Positions 13,115 through 26,019 of a DNA stretch of 64,000 nucleotides are shown one piece after another. Source of the stretch: Eledone cirrhosa. Its lineage: Eukaryota. Position 1 is the first letter of the stretch, and every line of letters begins with the position of its first letter. The translations under genes were made by a program, and so were the position numbers. The stretch lies in the NCBI GenBank assembly GCA_964016885.1, contig OZ024741.1:143778001-143842000 (forward strand), given 5' to 3'. The notes beneath the pieces were generated by a model, which was not told the DNA's origin, did not search any database, and was given only the letters and a program-made list of their open reading frames with translations.

Positions 13115-13205
13115 TTTTAACATTTGGTTCATCCATTTTCTGTTGTGTCACAAAAAATTGGCAACTTATATTTTGGTAGGTTTTCTCCATTTCTTCAAGT
13201 TTCTC
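13115..13205 (-). CDS. OXNAD1: OXNAD1-like coding exon D (EKLEEMEKTYQNISCQFFVTQQKMDEPNVK)
   Basis: ggcAG acceptor, A|GTATGT donor, 91 nt, phase 0 to 1, compatible with exons C and E. Resembles OXNAD1 ..I.C...VTKQ. Confidence 0.75.
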
Positions 13206-14235
13206 CTGCCGAAAGAGAGGGACAATTAAAATCATACTAAAGAAATGTGAACAGAGAAAGATGGTCAATTAGAGAGCCTTTACATGGTCACTCGACTTGC
13301 TATAAATAACCAACTCTCTTTCAAATCCTGATATTTAGGTGTTCCAGTTGTTTGGTAAACGGAAATGTCCATTCGTTAATTTATCATTTAAGTAGCTGAG
13401 TATTCCTCAGAGACGTGTACTTTTCACCTAATTCCCAGGGAAACTCAACATAACACAGCGGACAAGATTGGTCCTTCCTTTGAATTTTACGAACAGTCAA
13501 ATCAGCTAACTTAATTTAACTCACAGGGCTTGGATCGACATGATGCTATTTGTAAAAATACACTTGCTTTCCTAAGTGGCCACACTGTCTGACTAAACTA
13601 AAAACCTTATGGTTGCAAAGCGAAATTAGTAACCATTCGGCCATGCTAGTTTCTTAAAAATGGGAAGATACATCAGATAATATTTGTTTTAAATACACTT
13701 GGGTCATAGTTGACCTAAGGCTAAACAACAACAACGACTAGAACAGCGACAACAAAAGAGCAACAACAAAAGCAACAACATCAATAAGACAACAGCAATA
13801 GCAGCAACAACAGTAACGACAACAGCAAGGGTAACAATAACAGCAATAACAACAAATCCAATGGGAAATGTTTTAAGAAGTGCAATGTTAAACGGTAATG
13901 AGACGTATACTAGATACATAGGATTTGTAGAGACTAGAGAAGATGTACGTTGAGTACGATCCCCTTTCCATGTTTTGGTGGAGCACAAATGAACTGGGAG
14001 AATAGTTTGACATTAGAGTCATTAATTGTATACTTTTTTGATTGGAAGAAGAGGATAGTATACATGCCTTCTCCAAGCCTACTTTAGACACATGGACAGT
14101 CATTTTGAAGGTGAAAGTTGATTAAATTGACCTGTAACGGAATTCTTCTATGTTAATTCTTCCAATGTGAAATAAAGTGTCTTGCTCAAGGAAACAACAC
14201 ATATACATATATACATATACATATAAATACATATA

Positions 14236-14267
<32 letters not shown>

Positions 14268-14332
14268 CATATATATATACATATACATATATATATATAT
14301 ATACACACATATATACATATACATATATACAT

Positions 14333-15546
14333 ATGGTAAATAATGACATAAATGGGACCTGCCCCTTGTATAGGAGCAAATTTGGAATAGAATAGAAAGA
14401 ACTAGGAACAAGGCCAATAGAATAAACTCATGGTATGATAGCAATAAATACCAGAGTGTAATTTTCATCAATACAACCCCTAGAGGCGAACTAGCCTACA
14501 AATTTAGAAGGGCCCTAAATAAACATAATCTCAATATTAAGATAGTAGAAACACCTGGTACCTCCGTAAAAACACTTATTAGCAAGACATACCCGTTCCA
14601 AAGACCCTCATGTATAGATAAGAAATGTATAACCTGTAAAATAAGCCCCCATATTAACTGTAAAACTAGAAATGTAGTGTATAGCATAAGATGTACTGAA
14701 GGACAATGTAGAAACAAAAATATAGTGTACATAGGTGAGACAGCTCGTAGTATAGGGGAACGAATAAATGAACACTGGCGAGACCTCCAAGATAATAAAG
14801 AATCATCTGTGCTCTACCAACATGCTAAGATAGAACACAGGGGTAGATTAGAGAGCATAGAAATAAAAATAGAATCCACACACAGAAAAGACGCAATGTT
14901 TAGGCAAATTACAGAGGCAGTAAGCATAAAAGGATTAAAACCAAAATTAAATAGAAAATATGAGTGGAACAGCAACATCACAACTTACAATTAAGGACAA
15001 AATGAAAACACACACACACATAGAACAAACAACTTACAATTGAAAACACACACAAAATGAAAACACACACAGGACAAAATGAAAACAAACAACCAACCAA
15101 CAATAAATAAATAAATAAACAAATAGAAAAATATAAATAGAAAAATAGAAAAATGAACACCAACACACACAGACACCCGGATGTGGCGCATGCGCAAACT
15201 GAGCACACAACACACACACAGAAACAAAATGGCGTAGGATAGAAGAAAGGAAAGGCACAGAAACGAAGAGGGGAATCCCCAGTCACTGAAGAGGTCACAG
15301 AGTGTGTGACGAAAGGACTATGACTATATATATAAACAACTATCTGGTTGTGGGACCAACCAACCAACCGGAAATTTATAAGTTTGTAAATTTGTAAATT
15401 TATAAATTTATAAATATATAATAAATTGAAGTGAAAGCAACTGGTGCGTGTGTTTCTTATTGGCAACATGACCCTCCCAAAGTATAACAATATCGGTTTC
15501 AACACACGATTTCAGATAAAGAATCTTGCTAAACAAATTCAGAAAC

Positions 15547-15548
<2 letters not shown>
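14333..15548 (+). mobile_element. 5'-truncated Penelope-like element with GIY-YIG endonuclease and terminal repeat
   Basis: Open frame 14383-14994 with SVIFINTTP, IKIVETPG, a Cys-rich linker, NVVYSIRC...VYIGETARSIGERINEH and RQITEAV. One frameshift near 14380. Flanked by (TA)n. Subclade (Naiad-like) is tentative. Confidence 0.9.
15281..15325 (+). ncRNA. Minimal type I hammerhead ribozyme in the Penelope terminal repeat
   Basis: AGTCA-CTGAAGA-G-GTCAC(AGAGTGT)GTGAC-GAAA-GGAC-TA-TGACT. Stems I and II pair; stem III is vestigial. Confidence 0.7.
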
Positions 15549-16425
<877 letters not shown>

Positions 16426-16485
16426 GTTGATTTAAAACTGCACTATCCACAAGTGTTTTTTTAGCCTTCATATCATGTTCTCCTG

Positions 16486-16552
16486 TTTTATCTGATGAAA
16501 ACACAAATATTATTGCATGATGATGTTTGTTTTTGAAATGCGCATAATAAAA
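16486..16552 (+). ncRNA. Type I hammerhead ribozyme with palindromic stem III
   Basis: TTTTAT-CTGATGA-long stem II (ACAAATATTATT/GATGATGTTTGT)-GAAA-TGCGCA-TA-ATAAAA. Second copy at 61535-61601. Confidence 0.8.
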
Positions 16553-16590
16553 TACATGGAACTCCTTTAACCATCTTTTGATCTTATATT

Positions 16591-16621
<31 letters not shown>

Positions 16622-17139
16622 AATGGAATAGAATGAAACAAAATTTCATTTCTCACTCTTAGTATGGCACTTACTTAAATGTAAGTATGTATGTATACGT
16701 ACATACATATATGTATACAGACGTACAGTAGCATGTATATATATACATACAGGCACACATATATATATATGCACGTATCAGTTTACCGAACATTTATTAT
16801 AATGCTCGGTTTGTTCGTTTGTAAACAAACAAACAGCCTGAATTACGCCGTACAGTGTTTAGGCAACCACGTCACCTCTTTGCTCAACACTGACACAGGA
16901 ACGATGTACTAGTTTTGAGCAGTAGCACTACCAAGCAAGGAATTTTTGGAAGTTATCCATAGATCCTGGCTTGAAAGTCCTGCGGAACAGACAGGTCAGT
17001 TTGACTTCGTCGACGACCAGAGCCACTTCGAGAGCGTCATTGCACTTGCCCAACTCCTGATAGGATGGTAGAGTAATGACATTTTAAAACCGGTGGAGCC
17101 CCTCACACTTCAGGTCTGAACACAGACGATATCTTTGAA

Positions 17140-17712
17140 AGAAAGGAGAGCAAGGATAGTAAGGAGAGTGAGAAGTGAAAGGAGAGTAAGGAGAATAGGG
17201 ACAGCAAGGAGCAAGGAGTGTAAGGAAAACAAGGAGAGCAAAGAGCAAGGAGACTAGGGAGAGTAAGTTGAGTAAGGAGAGCAAGGAGAGTAAGGAGAGC
17301 GAGCTGTGTAAAGAGAGCAAGGAGAGCAAGGAGAGCAAGCAGAGCAAAAAGACTAAGGACAGTAAAGAGAGCAAGGAGTGTAAGGAGGGTAAGGAGAGTA
17401 AGAGGAGAAAGGGGAGTTAGGCAAGCAAGGAGAGCAAGGAGGGCAAGGAAAGTAAGGAGAGTAAGGAGAGCAAGGAACAAGGAGTGTCCCTCTTCCTCCC
17501 CTTCTCACAACATCCTGTTCCTTTCTTCATTTTCCTCCCCATTCTCCCCTTCTACCCATCTTTTTCATCACCAGGAAGAAAGAAGGGAAGTGGAGTAAGG
17601 GAAGAAAGGGGAGGAGAGTGAAGAAGGGGAAGAAGGGAGGAAAGGAAGGAAGAGGGCAGGGGAGGAAGGGAACGAGTGTGAAGAAGGGGAGCAACGAGAG
17701 TAAGGAGAACAT
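17140..17712. repeat. 9-bp AAGGAGAGY minisatellite with a short pyrimidine-rich (inverted) segment
   Basis: Direct inspection. Confidence 0.9.
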
Positions 17713-17772
17713 TGTAAAATAAAGAAAAAAAACTTAATTTCTTAAAGTTACTCCCTCTCTAGTCAGCATTAC

Positions 17773-18009
17773 CTTGTACAGAAGTTCCTCTTTTGTCTTA
17801 GAAGAGTACATGAGGTGTACTTTTTCTGGAAGATCGGTTTTGTCGACACCAGATGCTTCTCTCTCGGTTACCAAGTTAAGAATGCTAAAAATTGAATTCA
17901 TACCAATTCCAGCTGCAATTAAAAGTAAGTCGTGCTGGGGTTCTTTTAGTTGAGGATCATAAAAAGTTGTACCACCAAATTCAACGAGAACTGTGTCGCC
18001 GACTTTACT
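17773..18009 (-). CDS. OXNAD1: OXNAD1-like coding exon C (SKVGDTVLVEFGGTTFYDPQ...LLLIAAGIGMNSIFSIL...LMYSSKTKEELLYK)
   Basis: ttctcAG acceptor, AAG|GTAATG donor, 237 nt open frame. Contains an IAxGxG NAD-binding motif and YSxKxxxELLxK as in OXNAD1. Not in the supplied ORF track. Confidence 0.88.
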
Positions 18010-18061
18010 CTGAGAAAATTAATAAAACAAAAGAAAAAATCAAAAACAGATACATTTATTA

Positions 18062-18718
18062 CACTGGTCAACAAAATTTTGCTTCTTTTCTACTGACCTA
18101 AGTTTGAGACATGTTCATGAGTAATTTGGGATTGCTGAGTTTTAAAATGACAATACTTTTTTCTATCACGTCTTTTACTTGGCCAACAAATGGAAGGAGG
18201 GGGGGGGGGGTATACAAAATATCCGTGTTTCATGTGTTTATGGGATAGCCGAGCGAAAGACAAACATTGGGAACAGAAGCACTGGTCAGTTAGAAAAAGG
18301 GTGACTGTTGAGGAAAAGAATATCATACACCAACCACTTGTTGGGCGAGAGAAAATCATTTTCCCACCCTTTCATATTAAACTAGGACTAATGAAACAGT
18401 TTGTCAAAGCTCTTAATGTGGAGGGTGGCTGTTTCATATTCATATGTACAACATTTCTTGGCCTAAGTTATGATAAAATAAAGGCTGGTGTTTTTGACGA
18501 GACACAAATCAGAGAGTTAATGAAATGTCAAAACTTCTTGAGCTCGATGACTGATGTAGAAAAAAGAGCATGGGATTCATTTGTTGTGAAAAGTTTTGGG
18601 GGCAAGAAAAAGGCTGCGAACTATAAGGATTTGGTGGAGACATTGCAACATGAGCATAAAGATTCATTTCCTCAAGAGCCATCTCGATGAATTTCCTGTT
18701 AATCTTGGACACATGAGA
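18062..18718 (+). mobile_element. Chapaev3-like (CMC) DNA transposon remnant, internally deleted
   Basis: CACTG start; GGYTKYPCFMCLWDSRA and PPFHIKLGLMKQFVKAL. The frame ..FPVNLGHM is interrupted at 18718 and resumes as EGGER near 19327. Confidence 0.8.
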
Positions 18719-18751
18719 GATAGAAAGACAGATAGATAGAAAGATAGATAG

Positions 18752-19302
18752 ATATATTTCTTTATTAACCACAAGGGCGCACAAGAAAAGGGGACAATAC
18801 AAAGACATGCCGGGGATTTTACATACAGTCGTGTAAAAAATATAAAAACAAACAATTACAACAATCGAAATCCCTAATAGGGGGGAGGCGCCACAAATGG
18901 GTTGTTTAATACCCCGTCGATAGAACAACTCTCAACTCCAGGAGCGTGTTGTGCAAGTGCTCATTTCTTCCTTTTGCTCTCTTCTTCAACCTACAGGCTT
19001 ATAAACAGAAAAGGCCCAATCACTCGGGCCATTTTCGCTTCATTCACCCACCTTTCAGTAAATTTACTGGGGTGCAGTGCCTCTCTCTCCACCCTGATTC
19101 TCCTTCTAAAGTGATACTTAAAGAAGGGAATCAATTGTTGTTCGGAGAGAAAAGCATCTCTCCTCAGTCCTCTCAACCTCGTCCACCATATAACTTCTTT
19201 CACCATAGCTACTGTACAGAAGAAAACCGCCTCTCTTTTGTTTTTGAAAGAGGCTGGCAGTTTGATCCTTACTATGGACTCGGCAGTCAACTGTATTTGA
19301 AA
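18752..19302 (-). mobile_element. 3' end of an L1/Tx1-type LINE between (GATA)n tracts
   Basis: C-terminal ORF ..VAMVKEVIWWTR...RIRVER....F.ERW, then 3' UTR with AATAAA; (GATA)n on both sides. Confidence 0.7.
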
Positions 19303-19414
19303 GATAGATAGATAGACAGATAGATAGAAGGAGGGGAGCGAATGAAAGGAACAATTCTCTAAATAGAAAAAGAAATCCTGTCAAAAGAAACAAATATATA
19401 TTTTAATCAAATAC

Positions 19415-19556
19415 CTCAGAGTTCATCCAGTGTGAGCTGGCATGTTTACTATATTTTACTGCGAGTTGAATGATACCCGTTCTAGCAAATTCTAAAGGAC
19501 TGTTACATACTGTGTAACCCCCTAAGCGATCAATAGATGGTATACTGACGTGGATC
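19415..19556 (-). CDS. OXNAD1: OXNAD1-like coding exon B (IHVSIPSIDRLGGYTVCNSPLEFARTGIIQLAVKYSKHASSHWMNSE)
   Basis: ttttccAG acceptor, GAG|GTATTT donor, 142 nt; its first base completes the Trp codon of exon A. Aligns by eye to OXNAD1 IPG..VGGFSICSSP...IELAVK...HPPA.W. Confidence 0.85.
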
Positions 19557-19599
19557 CTGGAAAAGAAAACAGCAAAGGAAATATATTTTAATTAAAACA

Positions 19600-19705
<106 letters not shown>

Positions 19706-19759
19706 TCATCATCATCATCATTTCATTTTACGTCCGCTTTTCCCTGCTATAGTAAAAAA

Positions 19760-20968
19760 TTGAACGGAAACAAAACAGAGAGGCAGTACGAACAAAGGTT
19801 TATTAGTTTCACGCTCTTGAGAGTGGGGTGGTGGTGGGGAACGATGTTTCGGGCATAAGCCCTTCTTCAGGTGAAAAGTGTATGGGAAGAGAGTTCCAAG
19901 GGTGTGTAGGGGAGTGGTGGAGAGACATATAGAAAAAAGGGAGTGAGAGGAAACGGTACAAATGAAATTAAATATAAAAGCATAATAAAAATAAAAATAA
20001 ATATGAAGTAAAACAGGTGGTGGAAGGGTGTGGGGTGTGTAGGGGTGGTGGCGAGTGGAGTGTGGAGGCGGGGTGTCCGAGCGGGGAGGGCTGAAGGTGG
20101 TGTGTGTATGTGTAGGTGTAGGTGTGTTGTGTGTGTGTGTGTGTGTGTAGGTGAAAGTAAGAGTTGGGGAAGAACGGGGTTGCATGTTCAGGAAGAGGTG
20201 TGTGTGGGGTGGGGTGTAGGTCGGAGTGTGTGTGCGTGTGTAGGGTGGGGAGGGGTCAGAGGGGTGGGGGGAGAGGATTTCGGAGGCTGAGTGTGTAAAT
20301 ATGTGGTGGTACGCACGTGTGTGTGTGGTGTTTATGTGTGTTGTGGATGTAGGTGGCGTGTGGGAAAAAATTTTTTTTGAGTGTATTTCAGTGGGTGAGT
20401 CCTTAAGGTAGTTCCGTAGAGGATGTGGTGGAATGCTGGGTAATATCCTTGGGATGTGGTGGATTCTAGGGATCGATGTTCAATATGTGTAATCCGTGAA
20501 GAGATTGGTCGGAAGAGGGGAGATGTGGGGTGCGCGCGCAACAGGAAGTGGTCAGAGAGTCAAGGCAGGAGGAGGGTTGTGTGTCTGTGTGTGCGGGGAG
20601 CTGATCAGAGATAAGGGCATAGCAGCAATCGGGTAGAATGGTAAGTGAAGAAAGTCGGTGTGTCAGTGTGTGCGGAGGTGCGGTGGACAGGGGAGAGGAT
20701 GGGTAGGTGTGAAAGTTGGAGTGAGGAGGGTGTGTGTGTGTATTAGTAGAGGTGTTAGTGGGATGTGTGTGTGTGTGAGAAAGGGTGTGGGTGGAGCGGG
20801 GAGAGAAGGGTGTGGGGACGGTGGAGGAAGTGTAGTGTACTGGTGTGTGTGTGCGTGTTTGGATGAGTGTGTGTGTGGTGAAGGGGGTGTTAGTGGGTGT
20901 TAGTATACTGGAGGTGGGGAAAGGGTTGAATGCGGATAGTGTAAGAGGGTGTGTGTAGGGTTGGGGGA
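19760..20968 (-). mobile_element. Non-autonomous Penelope-like element, CA-rich, with a hammerhead core
   Basis: Minus strand CTGAAGA-A-GGGC(TTAT)GCCC-GAAA-CATCG at 19870-19842; no convincing stem I. Confidence 0.5.
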
Positions 20969-20982
20969 TATATATATATATA

Positions 20983-21115
20983 TTTGCAAAAAAAGGAAAA
21001 GAATGACTTCACTTGTAGTGTTAACAAATTTTGATTTAATTTTATAATATTATAAAATTAAATCAAAATTTTTTAACACTACAAGTGAAGTCATTCTTTT
21101 CCTTTTTTTTCAAAT
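20983..21115. repeat. Near-perfect ~130-bp palindrome beside (TA)n
   Basis: AAAAGGAAAAGAATGACTTCACTTGTAGTGTTAA... is mirrored about ~21048. Confidence 0.95.
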
Positions 21116-21296
21116 ATACCTAACTGTACCAAGGATCTTACACATTTTCCAATATATATATAATATATTGGAAAAGGGAAGTGAGGTTCTATACAAAACA
21201 GTGGATATAGAGAAAAGATGAAGTTGGAAATAGCACGGGAGATATATTTAAGGGTCTGTTTTTCTTTTTTGATTCGTCAAAGTGACATTATTGAAA

Positions 21297-21426
21297 AGAG
21301 TTACGGCCCTTTATGGTCTGAGTTCAAATCCCGCTTTTGCCTTTCATCCTTACGGAGTCGATAAAATAAAGTACCAGTAATGTACTGAGTAATTGCTGGC
21401 CTTGTGCCAAAGTAGAAACAATTATT
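21297..21426 (+). mobile_element. tRNA-derived SINE, truncated
   Basis: Core and tail match the family; lies tail-to-tail with the next copy. Confidence 0.9.
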
Positions 21427-21454
21427 GAAAAAATAGTGTTATTAAAAAGATAAT

Positions 21455-21640
21455 TGTTTCTACTTTTGGCACAAGGCCAGCAATTACCCAGTACATTACT
21501 GGTACTTTATTTTATCGACCCCGTAAGGATGAAAGGCAAAGTTAACCTCGGCGGGATTTGAACTCAGAATGGCAAGGGCCGTAACTCTATGCGTCAAAGC
21601 ATGGCGTCCGACCCTCTACCGACGCTGCCAATCCACCGCC
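21455..21640 (-). mobile_element. Full-length tRNA-derived SINE with 20-bp TSD
   Basis: TSD AGTGTTATTAAAAAGATAAT at 21435-21454 and 21641-21660; head has A- and B-box-like motifs. Confidence 0.95.
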
Positions 21641-21911
21641 AGTGTTATTAAAAAGATAATGTTATTAAAAAAGAGAGGGACAATTCTTTTTTAAAAATTT
21701 TTTTATGAAGTATATAAAGTATATGAGAAAATTACTGGTTTCGATGTATTAAGATCCATCTTGTCAAATTCAGTGAAAAAAGTTAATTAAAAAGAGTTGG
21801 TAGGAGTAAATAAAGGTTTAAAATTAAAATCAAAATCGAATGTTTGAGTAAAATTTCTTCCATCATGCTTCCTTAAAAGTTGGCTGGGAATGAGATATAT
21901 ATATATATAAA

Positions 21912-22621
21912 TGTATGTATAGTATATTTGGCAATATACCGTATGCTTAATTAAAAACATTTTGAAGACCATACGCTATCAGTTTTAAAGTAGTGACTAT
22001 GTCACTTACTTCTTTTCTTCGGCGAAAGAAGGGAGAGAAGCTAACAAACTGTCTGTTGGCGATCATCAGAGCAACGTACTTTCCGCCTTCGCCGAAGATT
22101 ATAGACGCTGGATTCTTATAGAATTCCAGTAATAATCAGCGATTGCCGGTCCAGCAAAAATTAGGTGTTAGGATTGGTGCTCTGAAATAGCGATGTATAC
22201 ATGAATACATGAATGTATGTATAGTATATTTGGCAATATACCGTATGCTTAATTAAAAACATTTTGAAGACCATACGGTATATTGCCAAATATACTATAC
22301 ATACATTCATGTATACATCGCTATTTCAGAGCACCAATCCTAATACCTAATTTTTGCTGGACCGGCAATCGCTCTGTATAATCAGCTCCTGATTATTACT
22401 GAAATTCTATAAAAATCCAGTTTCTGTAATCTTCGGCGAAGGAGTACGTTGTTAGCTTCTGTCCCTTCTTTCGCCGAAGAAAAGAAGTAAGTGACATAGT
22501 CACTACTTTAAAACTGATAGCGTATGGTCTTCAAAATGTTTTAAATTAAGCATACGGTATATTGCCAAATACACTATACATATATTCATGTATACATCGC
22601 TATTTCAGAGCACCAATCCTA
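21912..22621. repeat. Compound foldback (direct plus inverted copies of a ~290-bp unit) in (TA)n
   Basis: 21912-22200 is inverted at ~22310-22580, with partial re-duplications. Confidence 0.9.
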
Positions 22622-22630
22622 ATATATATA

Positions 22631-24365
22631 TCTATACTATAAAGCTGACGGCCGTATGTAAGTAACAAACTTTCCGCCAAGCGGTTGGACCAAACGGCAC
22701 CAAATTTGTACCATAGATGTAACTTTTTCCAAGTAAGAAAGTGAGGGTATTTTTGTCTACTGAATGTTGTTAAAAGATTAAAGACATTATTTAAATATTC
22801 ACTTCTTTAACATTTTCAAATGTCAACACCTCCGGTTATACGACATTCCCAACGTCTTCACGAACCAAAGTATCATCTTCCTGTTTTCTTTAGGTTGCAA
22901 CGTTTTTCGAAATATTTACTTCTGCGTTCACTGATTGATTTTTTTAGTTTCAGAGATCCCGTTAAGAGTGAAAGCAGCGATTCTTTGCTTAAACTTTAAT
23001 CTGTTATTTTAATATATATATATATAATTATATATTTGTGTACAGATATTTTTGCATCCACAAAAACAAAATATAACAAACGTATTTATTTCACGAAAGC
23101 ACAGACGGCTTATCGTCATTGTTACTCCCGAGATGCCACCCAAAAAGTCCCAGCCTGGCCGCAAGATCAGATTTTCTAGAAGAAAAAATGTTATAACAAA
23201 CGTATTTATTTCACGAAAGCACAGACGACTTATCGTCATTGTTACTGTCGAGATGCCACCCGAAAAGTCCTAGCCTGGCCGCAAGATCAGATTTTTCAGA
23301 AGAAAAAATGTTACTAGAGCAACAGAGAGACTAAGCTTCGCGATTTCCATCAACAAAGCTCACGGTCAAACCCTAAAAGTGGCTGGCTTTCATCTGGGAA
23401 AACCATGGTCAAGTGTATGTAGGATGCTCTGGGTTGAGCTCGCCAAACAATCTCTTCATCTCCCGAGGGCCTAACAAAAAATATTGTATACTCTGAGGCT
23501 CTAACAAAGTAATTTATGTATTTTCTGTTACTTGGAATTTCCATTATGGTTGTACATATTATTGTAAAGTTTGTTAAAAAATTTGTTCTCTGTTCAATCT
23601 TTATTGTTGTAACTATCAATTTTCTTTAACATACTAGCTGAGAGAAGAAACCTACAATGAAAGAACATCTTAAAGTTTACCCAAGCCAAATGTATTTATT
23701 ATCATTTCTATCTGCAGGTTCTTAGCAAGCTTACTGGCGCTTTAGTATGGTATTCAATTCTCATATCGTTTTTGATTGATATGGTGCATATATCGCAGCT
23801 ATTCATATGTTTTAAACATTAGATAACGATTGCTGATGTATATTGTACGACAGAATTAGCTGAAAAATATTTTGAATGAACAAATAAAAGAGATATAAAA
23901 GAGAGATGTTTGTTGGTTGGTTCCTTCGCGTATCACACTAAAAAAACGGAAAGTGACAATCGGAAAGTATGTACAGGATTGGGATAAGAGTATATCCAGG
24001 TAAGTTTATTGATACTAATTTTATAACACCAAAGAAGAAAGACATACACCGTATGCTAACCAACCTGACTGCTATTTCTAGCAGGTTGGGAATCAACCAT
24101 AAGGGATTCTCTCTGCAAGTTCGTTGTCAGTGATGATCGTGTTTCGCGGCCTATGTCTCCGATTCCAACGGTGGTTTACACACACACGCGCGCGCGCACA
24201 CGCACACACACACACGAACACTCACACACACACATATATACACAAACAACACACACACACACTGTAAACAAGACAATGCATTCAATACAGACGTTTTCTC
24301 TTCTGCCGGTCTTCTCTTATCATTTGTTAACCTTGGCGAAGCTGGGTACCGAAGCCGGGTACTAG
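22631..24365 (+). mobile_element. Internally deleted Helitron
   Basis: A|TC start (TCTATACTATAAAG) and GC-rich subterminal hairpin followed by CTAG|T. 23328-23512 reads RLSFAISINKAHGQTLKVAG..HGQVYVGCS..TKNIVYSEAL (Pif1-type helicase end). 120-bp tandem duplication containing MPPKK at 23073-23312. Confidence 0.85.
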
Positions 24366-24399
24366 TATATATATATATGAAAAAAGAGAAAACTGACTT

Positions 24400-25090
24400 C
24401 ACTGGTGGTATATCTCTCCGAAGACACTCACTCTGCCTATTGCAGACTGCGCATCAACATGAAATATCCTTCTTCACAAAGTTTGATCACCTACAACAGA
24501 GTTTCCTTCTAGGCATAACGAGTTGATCTTTTGATATGACCACACAGTTTAAGTACTCTTGACTTGATAACTGATGTGATTGGTTTAAACTTGGTAATGT
24601 TGAGTAGCTATTCATAGAGATATGTTCTCCGAGTCGTTTGTTAGTCATAAGTCTCATGGTTCTGGAATGTAAAGAGCTTCTGAAGTGACCTTGCTGTTCA
24701 GTTAACACAATGAAGACCATATAACACAACTAGTAGGATGTAAGTGTCAAAGATCTTAGCCTTCAAATGATAGGAAACCTGTTTTGATGTTAGCACGTCT
24801 TTGTTCCTGTTAAAAGCTTCTCAACCCAGAGAGATGGGATACTGCACAGCGGCCGCTCCATTATTGATGATAGTTTGTGACCGAGGTATACAAACTACGT
24901 AACTTGAGCAGTTTGCTGGTTGTAAATTGTGATTGGCATTGTTTTTATCAGTTGTCAAACACTTCGTATTGGAGATGATGTATAAGCCAACCTCAGGAAG
25001 TTTTGCAGATCTAAGGTTTTTATTTAGAGCAATCGAGTGCTGTCATAGATTCCCACGTTTTCAAATCACCCAAGTACGCCGATAATCCAT
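24400..25090 (-). mobile_element. Highly decayed Penelope-like GIY-YIG remnant
   Basis: Broken-frame motifs KNLRSAKL, TSCVIW and RLGEH occur in the expected order. Confidence 0.4.
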
Positions 25091-25755
25091 AATTTATATA
25101 TATATGCAGACAGTAGATGTTGTACGCTCTCTTGCTGCATTAAGTGTGGCCAAAACTCGAGTACGGTATAAATTTGTGGTATCCATTTACGTGTGTTGTA
25201 TTGAGGCAAATAACTTCTGTCTACGCTGGGATTTTTACATAACCTTACCTATTGAGTACGGTGAGATGCAACCAGTACTAGCAGGGAAACCTTATGCTAG
25301 TCCCGTCAACTTCTTATATATATATATATATATATATATCCCTTGTTGGAAATAACACGTGACAACTAAGTGTTTGCTGGCTGCCTCTAGCGGCCGCATT
25401 TAACTCGTCCACTCCGATTTATGGCAGAACGGAATCCCTGTTGAAATGAATCCTCTGTTCGATCATGGAATACCACGAGCGTGCCTGTTACGTAAGTTGG
25501 ATAACTGATTTTGTATTCATAGAAACACTTTAAGCGTATATCGTTTGATTTGTCCAGGTGTATCTTTTTAACCTGTTAATTTTTTTCGTTACTTTGGTAT
25601 TGTGTGGTTAGGTTTTGCCTACCACAATTTGTCAAGCTATTTAAACGTATGTTATTACTCTAAGGACCTACCCTTATTGAGTGCTTTGCTAACTCATTCA
25701 TATTGTAGGTCGACTTTGCCCACAGCCAAAGCTTCGATTTTACTAAGCTTCCACT

Positions 25756-25803
<48 letters not shown>

Positions 25804-26019
25804 TTAGAACCCTGTAACCATTAAGCTCTAAGTATAAAGTACAAATAAATACTGAGCCGATTAACAATATATAGTAAGAAACACAGTAAACCGTGTGTCT
25901 AAAATTACAAGGGTTGAAAAACCACATATGCTTGAAATATTTAACCAAGAAACAGACAGGATGACAAAATGAAAATAAAAATATATTATCATAATACAAA
26001 CCGCCTCAATAACCATTAT

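Noticed and set aside
14383-14994. Selenocysteine recoding in the Penelope ORF
   Set aside because: No in-frame TGA in the surviving frame and no SECIS recognised.
17084-17712. Leu-rich membrane-like ORFs
   Set aside because: Translation of the 9-bp minisatellite.
19495-19515. Possible right TIR of the Chapaev3 remnant
   Set aside because: It falls inside OXNAD1-like exon B, which explains the sequence better.
21560-21640. tRNA gene calls at SINE heads and at the PBS matches (270-301, 52131-52162)
   Set aside because: Only A/B boxes or a 3' fragment are present; no complete cloverleaf.
22510-22570. Hammerhead at CTGATAG-CGTATG...CATACG
   Set aside because: The core is not CUGANGA and no GAAA follows the stem.
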